This document shows, in pieces, positions 52,211 through 64,000 of a stretch of DNA of 64,000 nucleotides; position 1 is the first letter of the stretch; the number at the start of each line of letters is the position of its first letter. Under the pieces are notes generated by a model, which did no database searches, was not told where the DNA came from, and was given only the letters and a program-made list of their open reading frames with translations. The translations under genes and the position numbers were made by a program. The stretch is from NCBI GenBank assembly GCA_028534125.1, contig CM052832.1:11966001-12030000 (forward strand), in the 5' to 3' direction. This DNA is from Lama glama (taxonomy: Eukaryota).

Positions 52211-55200
52211 TCTTCCCAAAGGCAGAATCTGCAGTGGACGTGGCCAAATCTAAACTCTTCACCCAGAACTCTCCATCATTGGGTCTTCTTCTCTAGCTTC
52301 ATCTTTTGTTCTTATCGAAAATACTCTGGTCTCACCAGTCAAAATCATCTATTTACCAACTATCTGCCCATACTTCCTACCTATGTCCCTAAGCTCAGAG
52401 ACTGTATGTGATTGACAATTTTCTCTTTGTTTGACCCTGTAAAACTGTTTCAGGTATCTGGGGCTTGGTTTTAGTTAAAGTTACATATTTTTTAAAACTT
52501 CTTTCAACAAGACTAGAAGATTCCCTGTGAAGAACCATAAATTAGGTTAATTTTCACAAATAATATTCAGAGAATAGTAAAAGTTCCCAAGAAGTGAAGA
52601 AAAAAAAAATCCCTCATTTGGGAGCCAGGATTTGAGTCATGTGTCTTTTGCATAGAAAAGTAATACATTTTTGTTGGTACTTCATTGTTAGGTACATGCT
52701 GCCTGTAAGGAAATTAACATCAGTATATCTGTTTTCCTATTCAAGATCTTTCAGAATCTGTTTTGACACTGTACCTCTCCCAACAGTTATTTGGGACTTA
52801 AGAAATCCTGAACCAGAAAGCCAGGTACTGAACTATTAGTCATGGGACTGTGGGTCCATCAAGTAGAAAGCAAGGAGTAGAACACAAAGCCATCTGGGGC
52901 TCCAGGCTCCTTAATATGAGCTATGGGCCTTCAGCATAGGGAGCAGAGGCAAAGGTGAGCTATGGAACTGGGAGCAGGAACCCAGTAATTAGTGGAAATG
53001 GTGCTGGAGCTTCCAGGACCACGGAGATCCCAGCTTCTGGAGTGAATAACAAGATTACATCAGTGGAGTAAAGCTTCACTGACTTTGCTTTTTAGAAGAC
53101 TGAGAGGAAGGAAGGACTACTAGATCTTGGAGGTATAAAACAAATAAACACAAAACTTGGACACAGATTTATTTGTGAATTACATAGTTATTTTCCAATC
53201 CTGTTTATTTTGAAAATGGTTTAATCTAAAAAAGATACTGGCTAAGTAGTTAATAATTCTCTCAGTGGAGAGTTAGGCCTATGTATATTCAAATTTTACC
53301 CCACACTGCCTAGCATTGATTGCTCTGACCTTTCATAACATTTATGTCTTGAATCACCCAATTTAGCCATTAGTTACATAATATATCTTGTATACCTCTT
53401 TAATTATTTTGTTGTTCCCAGACCTCACTGTATATTTCTTTGATAGTAGGTGCTCATTAGGTATCTTGTTGTATCTCTTTAACCCTCCAACATCCCTGAA
53501 GGCAGGTGCCTGGATAATAATCACTTTTTCCTGGAAAAATCCTTTTAACACTGCTGTTATTTCCAATGTTAGAAGGAGATACTAGGAAATAGGAATATTT
53601 TATTCTCTCCACAGAAAATATGCTTCAGGAGAACTGTATGTACAAGTCCCATGGTTAATAAAACCATCACAGCTTTCTCAGCCATCATTGTAAATGGTAT
53701 AAGTTCCCTAGATCAGAGTGCTTTCTGTAGATACAAGGTTAGCTCAGGGGACAGTGGACCAGAAGTAAAACCAGATTGCTTGTCGGCTGCCAGGGATTCT
53801 GGGCAGAGTGCCAGACTTGGTTCACCTTTAAAAATTCATCTCCCAGTATGAAAATAGAGGGCTCGATCCCTGCAAGGAATGGTGGTAGCATGAACACTTG
53901 GACTTCCTTTGGCCCAAAGTATTTTTATTGATGTGAGGAAAGGTGGAGGAACTGATCGGTGTGGACCAGCAGCTTTGACCTCATTTAAGAGTTGCAATAT
54001 TTTCTCTAGCAGCTTTACTTCATTATGTTTCAAATTACAATTTCATAAGTTAATAATTATTCTTCCATATAATGTGGGTCGTATATGCACATGAATATAT
54101 TCTGCCTGATAGGAAGCTGTAGGTTTTATTTCTAATAGTCATAGAAATTCTATGCACATTACGAAGCTATTAGGATGTAACAGCTGTTTTAGTTCATTTC
54201 ACCCTGCAAAAGAAATGTGATGCAGGCTAAAATGATCAGTAATTATGTATTTTGAAAGCTAAACCTCCAGTTATAGAAAGAGCTAATTTACACATTAGAT
54301 ACTGATAAAACTACAGTAAGCTATGAGTTTCAAAGTTAGTGTTATCTCCTGCCTAAGACTATGAAAGAGAATCTGTACTAAAAGAAATTTTTTTTTCTCT
54401 TTGAAATCCTCTTTTGCATTGCCTATTGTAATTTTGAAGTTGCAAATCAACAGTAATGAAGAACTGCTTGATATCTTTCTAAAGAAAAAATTAGAAGGAG
54501 TGTTAGGGGGAGCAGGATTTAGAAGGATTTCACTTTATTTCTGTTGATCAGTGCCTACCATCTGCCTTCCATTTAATGTTGTAGAAGCATGCATACGTTT
54601 CCCAGTTTTGAACAGATGATGTGCATGGTTTGTTGAAATATATGTGTGTTCTGGATGTGTGTGTGTATATATACCTATGGTGCTTAAAATCGCACTTGAA
54701 GTGTAAAACAGATAATGAGTCTCCATTTTGGGCTAATTTGCATAATCAGCTGTTGTACACAAAACGGAAGTCTACAATGACACTGATTTTCTTTTCTACT
54801 TTAGAATCAGCACTAACCAGCTGTCAACAAATATTTTGATTAAACATTTTTCTTTATTGGGGAACTTTGGGGAACATTCTTTGTATAAACATTGTGTTCT
54901 TTGATTTCAAGGGGCATATTTTCAGTATGATTCATGGGTGCATCACACCGGTAAGCTGCAATGCACAAAAATATATTTTTCTCTGTAAACTTCCTTTTTA
55001 CCATTTGATTTCTCCAGGGTAAAAATGGCTCAGAACAGAATATTCCAACTCAGAATATTTGCCTGAAATAAAGGTAGTAAATAAATATATAAGCCTGCCT
55101 TAAGTAAACTGAGAAATTTAAAGTGTGGATTCATAAGCTAGACTTTCCCAAGAGATTTTAAAAGAAGATTGAACAGTTCCTTTTATACATTTAAAATATG

Positions 55201-55894
55201 ATTGGGATATAGAAATTGTGTTAATATTTTGACATACATTCGTCTAGTCTTTCCTGTGTGTAAACATACATAAACATGTTATTTATAAAAATGGTTTCAT
55301 ACACTACACATTATTTTGAAACCTTGCACATACGTATATTCATTACGGCTGTTGTTCCATGTCAGTACACAAGTATCTGCTTTATCCTTTTTGACAATAG
55401 CACAATATTCTAACTATACTGATGTTTAACTAACTAGTCCCCTGTTGCGGGACTTTTAGAATGTTTCTGGTTTTACTATTATAGAACAGTCATATAGATA
55501 CGTCTTTGCACACGTATCTGATTCTCTCTTCATATAAGTAGAGTGAAAAGGTAAGATCGTCTTCAAGTGTGAAACATAATGGTAAATGCCAAAGAAAGCG
55601 TATACCGGTTTACTCCCACCTGCAGATTATGATAGCACTTTTCCCCCACATCCTTGTCAACAGTGGGCGTTATCATTATTTCTTAATCTTTTGTCAAACT
55701 GGTAAGTAAACCATGGTCTCTCATCTGTTTTATTGGCAAATTTTTGATTATTTGTAAAGTAAAACAACTGTGCATCTGTTTGTTGATAAGCATCCATGTT
55801 TTCATAGAAAATGAAATTTGAGTTGACCTGAAAGGATGGGTTGAATTTTGATTGGGTAATTTTAGAGGGCTTTTCCTGTGGGGTCATCTGGGAA

Positions 55895-56110
55895 ACTGAT
55901 TCTCAACCAGGGATGGTTTTGCTCCCCAGGAAGACATTTGGCAATGTCTGAAGACATTTATGGCAGTCACAGTCAAGAGCGCTACTGGTCTCTAGTGGGT
56001 AGAAGCCAAGGGTGCTGCTAACCATCCTACAGTGTACAGGACAGCCCCCTACAACAAACAGTGAATCATCCAGCTGAAAATGTCAGTAGTGCCAATGGTG
56101 AGAAACCCTG
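55895..56110. mobile_element. MER20 (hAT-Charlie)
   Basis: ttctcaaccaggg...gacatttggcaatgtctg...ctagtgggtagaagccaagg...aaatgtcagtagtgcc...gagaaaccctg. Confidence 0.88.
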
Positions 56111-56629
56111 ATTTAAGAGAAGGTTGTAGTAACTCCATATGTGAAGGGGGCTTGAATTAGGATATCAGGTTAAAATGGAGAAAAAGAATAGCTGTGAAAG
56201 ACATTTCAAAGAAAAAACCAGTCAAACTTGGTAAATGATTGAATGGGGGTGGGGTGAAAGAGAGCTTCAAAGTTTAGAACCTAGGAGGCTGGGAAGTGGA
56301 TGACATTGGTGGAGAGAAGGTGTGAGGGAGCCAGTTTGAGTTAGTTGCAGAATTATTACTTAAGAAATAAATGGTGACATTTTGCTATTTCATCTGCTTC
56401 ACTTTTCTCTAGTGAGATTTTTGTCTTACACTTGGTGCCAGAATTGTTTTGGATTTTGAATTACATCTCTAACTAGTACCAAACATTTGGTTGCAGAGTT
56501 TCCTCTTTCTGAAATGTTCTTCTTTCATCTCTACTGCTGAAATCTTGTCCCTTCATTTAGTAAGCTAAAATGCCATTTCCTCCAGGAAATCTTCCTTGAT
56601 CTTCCCAAATGAAATAAAAGTATTTTTTC

Positions 56630-57680
56630 TTTGTTTATTCAGCAAATACTCATCAGATGCCTGCTACATGACAGGCACCGTGCTGGGTACTAGAGTTGCA
56701 GTGAAGAGCTTTAAACATACACCCCCTCCCTTTTTGAAGTTTATAGCTGAGTAGGAAAGTCAGATGTTAAACAAAATAATGACGATTAAAGGAAAAATCA
56801 TAGGCTATGATAAATACAAAGAAGGAGAAATAAAAGTGAGTATTAGTGCCAAAGCAGAACGCGGTTTCAGTCGGACAAGCCAGGGGAGGTCTTTGAGGGA
56901 AGTGATGTTTAAGTAGAGACCTAAGTGATGATTAGAAATTAAGTAGGTAAAGACAAAAGCGGAAAGTATTTGGAGCAGAAACAAATAGGAAAGCACTGAG
57001 AAGGGAAAGAGCTTGGCCTGTGTAAGGAAATAAAAAGAAGTCAGTGTGGCTGGAGAGCAGTGGTGAGGTAGAGGAGGAGGTGGGTAATTACCAGGTTGTT
57101 CAGGACCCCGGGGGCCACATTAAAGAGGTTGTAGTTTATTGAAAGTGCAGTCCCTGGAAAGGTGCTAAGCAAGCATGTGACATGATCTGATATAAGTTTT
57201 TAAAGGACCTTGTCTTTTTTGTGGGGACTGCATTGAGGTGGTGGGAGTAGAAGCAGGGAGATCAGTAAGGAAGTTGAAGAGGGAAATAAAAAGATAGTCA
57301 GAAATAAGGGATGCCTTAATTTTGTGTGGAAGGAGGAAAGAAAGAGAAGACTAATCCGATTCCAGACTGGAGTGCCAGTGTGATGGCTTCTCTTTTCTTT
57401 AGGATGAATGGAACAGAATCCTCAGCTGAGAGTGAGAGGGAAGTTGGAGGTTTGAGTGGCTTGGAGAAAGGTAGGAAATAGGTGTTAAAGACAGTGGGAG
57501 AACATGCTTTTGGGGAAACTGTATCATGCAGGCCAGGTTGACTGAGACTGGTCAGCATGATCTGCCAGTAGTGAGTCCATCTGCCTGGTGTGGTTTTCCC
57601 TGGTGAAATTCAGTTGCTTAGGTTCGGAGAAATAAGTGCTTGAGGGGTGAGTGGGTGTTTGGCTAGTCCTGTGCATTAGA
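56630..57680 (-). mobile_element. L2 fragments
   Basis: tttattcagcaaatactc...caggcaccgtgctgggtac...gaagtcagtgtggctggag...gacatgatctgat. Confidence 0.7.
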
Positions 57681-59879
57681 AGATGGGAGGGGCAAGAAAG
57701 TGAAGACTGCAAAGACCCAAAAGAGGAGTCTAGAGAAAACTGCTCCTGGACAGTAATAATAATTGCTCACATCCAGGTACTGTTTTCTGCTTTTTGTTTT
57801 TGTCTTATGTTGGCACCACTGCCTTGACCACCACTGCCATTTTAAAATGGATGTGAAAACAGCTTTTTTGACATGACTATTAACTATGAACAAGATGTAG
57901 CTATTTTCTGACTCTCATACAGTTCTTGAAAACAAATCCTAGGGCTTATCTCTAAATATAAAAGTTATGTAAACCTATGTGTGTGCCCAGAATCTAGAAA
58001 GAAAGCAAACTAAGAAAAAGCAGTAGGTTTAATTGAAACAGAATATGGCCCAGATGGTGCTTATTGCCATTGCCCACATCCTATCTAGAAGGATGATGCA
58101 ATGTTTGCAGACTTGTCAGTTGCTTGGTCATTGGAGTGATTATTTTGAACATTGTCATTGAACAGTACTCATTATTTGACTGTTATCCCATTGAGTTCAT
58201 CGGTTTGTTATTTATGTTGTCATCTTTGAGAAGAAATGACCAATAGATACGACATCTTAGGAACAGACCTTAGGAATGTGTTTTATTGCTGTCATAATGT
58301 GTTTTAAAACATACCCTGCAGAATCTGAGTCGGTCTGAAGGTCTCTGAATCACATATTGATCCTTGGAACATTTTGGGTTTGTTTTTTTAAAATACAAAC
58401 TGTAGATGTCTAATTTTTAAAATGACATTATCTGTGGAGTGTTGGTGATAAGATGGATGCCTTCTGAGTACTAGGTGCTTTTACATAAATTGTTTTATGT
58501 ACTTAAACAGCTTAAAGAACAAGATTAAGTTCTTAAAACAGCTCTTGAAGATAGGTTTGATTATTATCATTTTACAGAGCTTCAGAAAGGTTAAGTGCTT
58601 TGCCAGAGATCTCAAAACCAGAAAGATCTAGGATTTTAACACATGTATGTCTAGCTTCAAAGACAGTAATATCATATAATGTCACTGGGAAAGAACCCAT
58701 TGATATATCTAAATAACATCTTCCCTCTTAGATGTAAGGCTTGGCAGATGTGTGCTTGGGTGTGCGACATCATTACTTCTTAGAAGTTTTGTATATAATT
58801 CTGTCTTTATCAAGGGATTCTAACAAAGTCCACATAATGATATCATAACCTTGTTTTGATAGACAGATGAAGCCTCATCAGAGACTTTTGGAAGCTTATG
58901 TACTGTCTTAATGCCTGGAAGAAGGAGGAAAGTTGTTGTTTATTAGCTTAGATATGTTTTGTAGCATAGGTAATACCCTCAATTTCCCAGACACTTTAAG
59001 TATTTCATTTGGTCTTACCTGGGAACTAAGCATTATTGTCCAGCTATTGTATTTCACAAATGAGAAAAGTGAGACTTGGAGAGCGTAATGAACTTACAAT
59101 TTCACAGCTAGATGGCAACATCTGGGATTGAAGCCCAGGTCTGTTTGACTCTAAAGGTTTTTTAAACACAGTAATACTGTCCTTTCCATCTCTATCAAGT
59201 TGTGGCATTATCTTTGTTTTTTTTGTGAATCTTCAAAGATTTTTAAAAAATTGTTTTATTCTGGACTTCAGAATAGCTTTTACTGCAGGATGATCAAAAC
59301 ACACACACACTTCATAGGATAATGTCCATATGCTACATATTTTTTTAATCTTTTAAAAGCACTTAGTCCCCTCAGTAGATCCAGATCCTGGCAGCTGCCA
59401 GATATACATTTGGATGCTTAAATTAATAAGTCAAGATTTTAATTTTGCTGTTATGCTTAGTGAGTGGTGCCAAATTAAAATCATTTCCAAAGGGTGAGAT
59501 GCGTACTAGGTATCATTTTATTCAGTCTGTTTATGCTGTGCTGATGGGATATGCAGGCAGGCAATATTAAAATGTAGAATGTTAGTATGTGCTTCTGGGA
59601 TATGCTTCTAGTCCCCTGAGAAACTTTTCTAGTTCCTGAAGACAGAAGTATTTCTATGATGACTGTGGCCTTTTATATATGGGTACCCTTGTTATCTGAC
59701 TATTTATCATCTCATACCATGTGGGCACAAAGGTTGCTGAGGGAAACAGAAGTCATCATAATATAAAAATGTTCACTGTTGAACTGTCCACATGTAAAAT
59801 TAGTTCCCACTCAAACATTCATCCCTGATGAATACTATTCATGCCCATCCTTTTAGTTATAATGTTTCACTGATTGTTG

Positions 59880-60230
59880 GAAAGATATAAAATCATCATA
59901 CTTGATTGCAAAGTCAAATGGCAGATTTTGCAAAAATATAGGAGATAAAAATTTAATAAAACCAAAAATAGTGATGTTGAAGAACTGCTGCCAGACTTGC
60001 ACGCAGAGCCATTGGCAACGAAATTCTGGCAGCATTGACCAGTGAACAACTGAAGAAGAGAAAATCCATCAAAATAATGACATGTTAGGCATTTCAAGAG
60101 AAGGATCTGACTATTAAAAATTAAGGGAAATTTCATGATATTCAGGTATTTTTGGAAGAATCTCTTTTGCTATAATTATGCCAGGGAAGTTAGAAAATGT
60201 TTGAAAAACTATCAAAAGGTATGTAATGAT
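59880..60230 (+). mobile_element. Ancient Tigger-family transposase C-terminal relic
   Basis: The stretch at ~59966 translates as NSDVEELLPDLHAEPLA, resembling the Tigger/TIGD motif DVEELL-x2/3-H-x-E-x-L. Frameshifted. Confidence 0.55.
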
Positions 60231-62909
60231 TGTTTACTATTGCTGTCACCACCACCACCACTACTGCTACTACTTTGGTTGGTATGTAGTTGCACTTATT
60301 ATTCAAATTTTGTTAAATAGAAGATAAAATACACTTATATTTGATCTCTTAATTTTTTAACTTAATGAAAACCCTTTTTCCCACATTCAGTGTGAAATTT
60401 TGATCTGTATTTTAAGTGAATTGATTTAAAAAGTCCTTTTTAGATAACTGTTGTCCTCGAATAATGAGGACATCCTGTAAGGCTTATATATGTGTTTCAT
60501 GTATCTATGTGCCATTCCTCTCCGCTTATGCTGGTAATGAACAGCAACAAAAACTGGTGTGGTGAGTTAGACGTAGGGGTGACTCATCCTGAGTAAAATT
60601 GTCTTTTGACCAGTGACAATTTTTGACCAGAAACAGAACTTTGATAAGCAATACTCTCTTTTAAAAGAATGGCTAACCAGCAGATTATACTTCTGTCTTG
60701 GAGAAAGGACTTCATGTCACTCATTAAATCAAGTCAATTACATAAGTAAAGATTCCCAGTTTGGGGTGGTTGAGGGGAATGCAGTAGTACAGTTTTTGAA
60801 GTCTTTGTTCCTTTTTAGTAGCACTGTGCATAGCTTTAATGTTACTCAGACTTCAAGATGAATATATTTTGGAGGCTCCTAATCCATTTGAAAAGGAAAA
60901 CATGTTTGTAACTTTACCAGCCTTAATTTGGCCCACTGACAGACTTGGCAGGCCCAGCTGCAGCAGCAAGAGTGGAGTCTAATGTGCCCTGCTGGCTGCT
61001 TTCACTATAGTCAAGGTTCTGGATGCCCATTATTTCTGGAGATGTTCATTTTTGGATTTTTTTCTTTAAAGTCTTGAAGTCTGTGGAATACCCCAGGGTA
61101 GTGTCAGTGTGAGAGAGAATTCAGTATTGTCTTGGTTTTGAAATATATGTAAAGAAGGTGTATCAATTGAAATTACAATGCATAGTTGATTTTCTAGTAA
61201 CTTCCAACAACATATAAGCCCTGTTCTTAGCAAAATCAGAAGATTTTTTTTTGAGACCTGCAAAGTAATGTATTTATCTTAAAGCTATTCTCCAAATAGA
61301 GCTCATTCATTAGGACCCCCTTTTACATTCATGCTTCCCTTGAACTTAGGCCAGAATATTTATCTGTGCAATTTAAGTAGCAACACGTTAGTTAAGTGCT
61401 TGATTTAAAGTAGCTGGCATTTCATTTATTTTTCTTTTATTGGAAAAGTTCGTCCCTTTGAGAGGGGTTGAATTAGTCATTGTGTGGTTTAGATAAGTTC
61501 CTTGACCTGGGGACAAAACATTGCAGGATTTGTGGAGTTGTCTATAGTACCTGTGTGAGAGACATGTCATGAATCTCTTAATAGTTGTGGGATTGCTTTT
61601 CACTGAAAAGTCTGACACGTGTGACTGGCTCCTTCTCCTCTTTATGGCAAATCATGTAGCTCATATATCATGCTAACCATAAATCTTAATTCATATTTGT
61701 CCAAGGATTTTATTCTGAGATTCACCTTCTTAGAGCTGAAAAGGTTCAATGCCATATGGTTTCTTTTTATTAGTATGATTAAGAATGTATTTTCATCAAG
61801 CTGTACCATCTGTTATAAGAAGAAAACAGGTAGATACATTGATATATTTTCTTCAGTTTCTTTTAACCTCCATCCAATTAACTTATAAGTATAAATCTCT
61901 TAGATTGGATTATTTAGAAAATTTTTAAATGTATGTATTGAAGCACTCGCTCTTTCAGGGCAGAGTTTAGCTATCTTTTTGTCCCACATATACCTTGCGT
62001 TGTGTCACATATATAGTAGTTTCAGGAAGTGTGTTGAAGTGAAGTTATCTGTAACTACAATGTGTTATGCAATATTATAAAATTACAGAAGTATATCATC
62101 TGTTTGGAATTACATTTAGCAGACTGAATAATTGATGGTTTCCCATTCCTAGTCCAGTGCCTGGTCCAGAGTTGGCATTCAGTGACTTACTTGACTTAGC
62201 TCATTAATTAATTGATTGATTCTTGGGATAATTTAATCTGATGACTAAAGAAGATTTACGAACAGTCATGTAACCTTTATTATAATAATGTATTTTAATT
62301 ATCCTGAAAGAACAGAATTTGAAAAAAAGTTTCCGTTGTTGGAAGTTTACAGTATTTATAAGGGTATGAAATATTATTAAGAACATAATTTGTTTTTAAT
62401 TTACTATTTAACCTTCTATCAAGTTTTGCTTTTTTTGTTATTCCCTCCATTGAAGCTCATAGGTAATATTCTTCTTGCCTAGATCTGTGTTTTTAACTGA
62501 GCCTTTAAGGGTCTAGTTTATATATGTATAACCCAGGGGTCATTTGGAGTCTTCCAGTCCATGCAGTCCAGGTAAGAGTACCTCAGATCTCCCAATTCCA
62601 TGATTTTGAAAGTCCAAAACTTCTCCCAGGCTATCTGAGAAATCCCAGTCCCAGGACTTAATTCTTCATAGCTCTTCTGGCCTTTGATCTCTTTTCTCTT
62701 TAAATGCTAAAGTTGTGTTGTATCATGTTGTCCCAGATATGAAACTCGAGACACCATCTGATTCCTCCAATAAAGTCCTCTCCAACAGAAGCATTAGAGA
62801 CTGATGTAGACTTTTCTGAGGCTCTCACTGGGAGAGTGAAGGAAAGGTTTAACATTATCCATCCATTATGAATGCCTTTAAAAATCTGTATTAGATATTA
62901 TTTTTCACT

Positions 62910-63220
62910 TATTCCTTGAAAAATATTTAATGAGTCAGGAACTGTGCTGGGTGCTGGGTAGTCACAGATGAGTAAGAAATAGGCAGGTTCCCATTTTCGT
63001 GGGGTGCATAGACCAATAGGGGTGCCAGGTAATTAAGCAGGCACACAAATTGTTGTAAAATTCTAATGTGATAAGTGCTATAAAGAAGGTATAAGTATTG
63101 GAGAATATTTAATAGAGAGCTTTGACCTTTTTCAGGGATGGGAGCTGGTGAAGATTAAGAGGAATTATTTGGCCAAGGAGGGTGTGGCAGTGGAGGAGGG
63201 AGAAGCACAGGCAGGTTCCT
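62910..63220 (-). mobile_element. L2 3' end
   Basis: aaatatttaatgagtcaggaactgtgctgggtgctggg...gtgataagtgctataaag. Confidence 0.6.
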
Positions 63221-63822
63221 GGTCTTCCCTACAGTGCTGCTGTCTGTATTTTCCTCTTGGACACTTCCAGCTCTAAGAGCCCAGGCTTGTTGGCTACCTT
63301 CTTCTCCGGAATTTCCCCTTAGAACTTCCAAATTCTTCTCCCTCTGTTAGGCAGAGCAGTTCTGCTAATCTCCAGGTCCTATCCAAACTTAATCAATATT
63401 TATAAAATATTCCATGTTCCTACTAAGATTTCACCCCTAGAGCAAGGGAACTATTCTGAGCTGCATATTGGCAACATCATTCATTCATTCAACAACTATT
63501 TGTTGGAATCTTGTTTTATGCAATTTGCCTTCTAGGAGCTGGGATATACTCCTCAAGGAATGTATGGTCCAGTTGGGGGAGCACTCAGTTAAACTCCTTA
63601 ACAAGACAGTTGGTTTTATGAAAAGCAAAAATACTCTTTTGTGACATATGAAACAGTTACATATGTATGAAATATCCAAAAAAGTGACTTTGAACCTGAA
63701 GTAAAATTTTAAAAGTTGAAAGTTGCATATGATTTAATTTTCTATTTTATCAAATTACCAAATAAAATACTATGTAAATCTTTTAAAATTTATGCATCAA
63801 CATAATTGTTTTAAAGCAGACT

Positions 63823-63842
63823 TTGTTGTTGTTGTTGTTGTT
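63823..63842. repeat. (TTG)n microsatellite
   Basis: Read directly from the sequence. Confidence 0.85.
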
Positions 63843-64000
63843 CTATCATTTCTGCCCAAATGAATTCTAAAGGAAATAATGTCACATATGTGGGATTTTG
63901 GCCTAATTGGAGGAGTTTTTTACATTTTTGTGTTCTCTGTGTATTTGTTAGTAAAGTCTCATTTTGTTTAGTATAATATGTTTTTAAAGACAAGTAGACT

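Noticed and set aside
43290-64000. Missing exons 7 onward, suggesting a truncated gene
   Set aside because: BTBD9 intron 6 is very large (over 200 kb in human, as recalled), so downstream exons are expected outside the window.
1-64000. CRISPR arrays, rRNA, snRNA, NUMT or intact viral/transposon ORFs
   Set aside because: None recognised on either strand by eye; short or diverged ncRNAs could have been missed.

Overview
Mammalian genomic DNA, almost certainly a camelid (a tRNA-derived vic-1-type SINE with intact TSD is present). The window holds the 5' part of BTBD9 on the + strand: CpG-island promoter and non-coding exon 1 (to 205), a ~27 kb intron 1, coding exons 2-5 (27388-27599, 30882-31245, 32329-32593, 40114-40333), exon 6 hidden in an N run (~43151-43270), then ~21 kb of the large intron 6. 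The rest is ordinary intron with L1, L2, MIR, MaLR/ERV LTR, hAT and Tigger relics and microsatellites. I see no convincing new biological system. The best leads are: (i) N runs that look like base-for-base masks over conserved exons, which predicts that a masked non-coding block in intron 5 is highly conserved; (ii) a candidate in-frame 21-nt microexon beside that block; (iii) an in-frame ATG inside the exon 3 acceptor; (iv) an unidentified retrocopy-like block in intron 5; (v) a 500-N gap flanked by an exact 199-bp duplication, an assembly artefact. Human exon sizes and repeat family names are from memory, and old-repeat boundaries are approximate.
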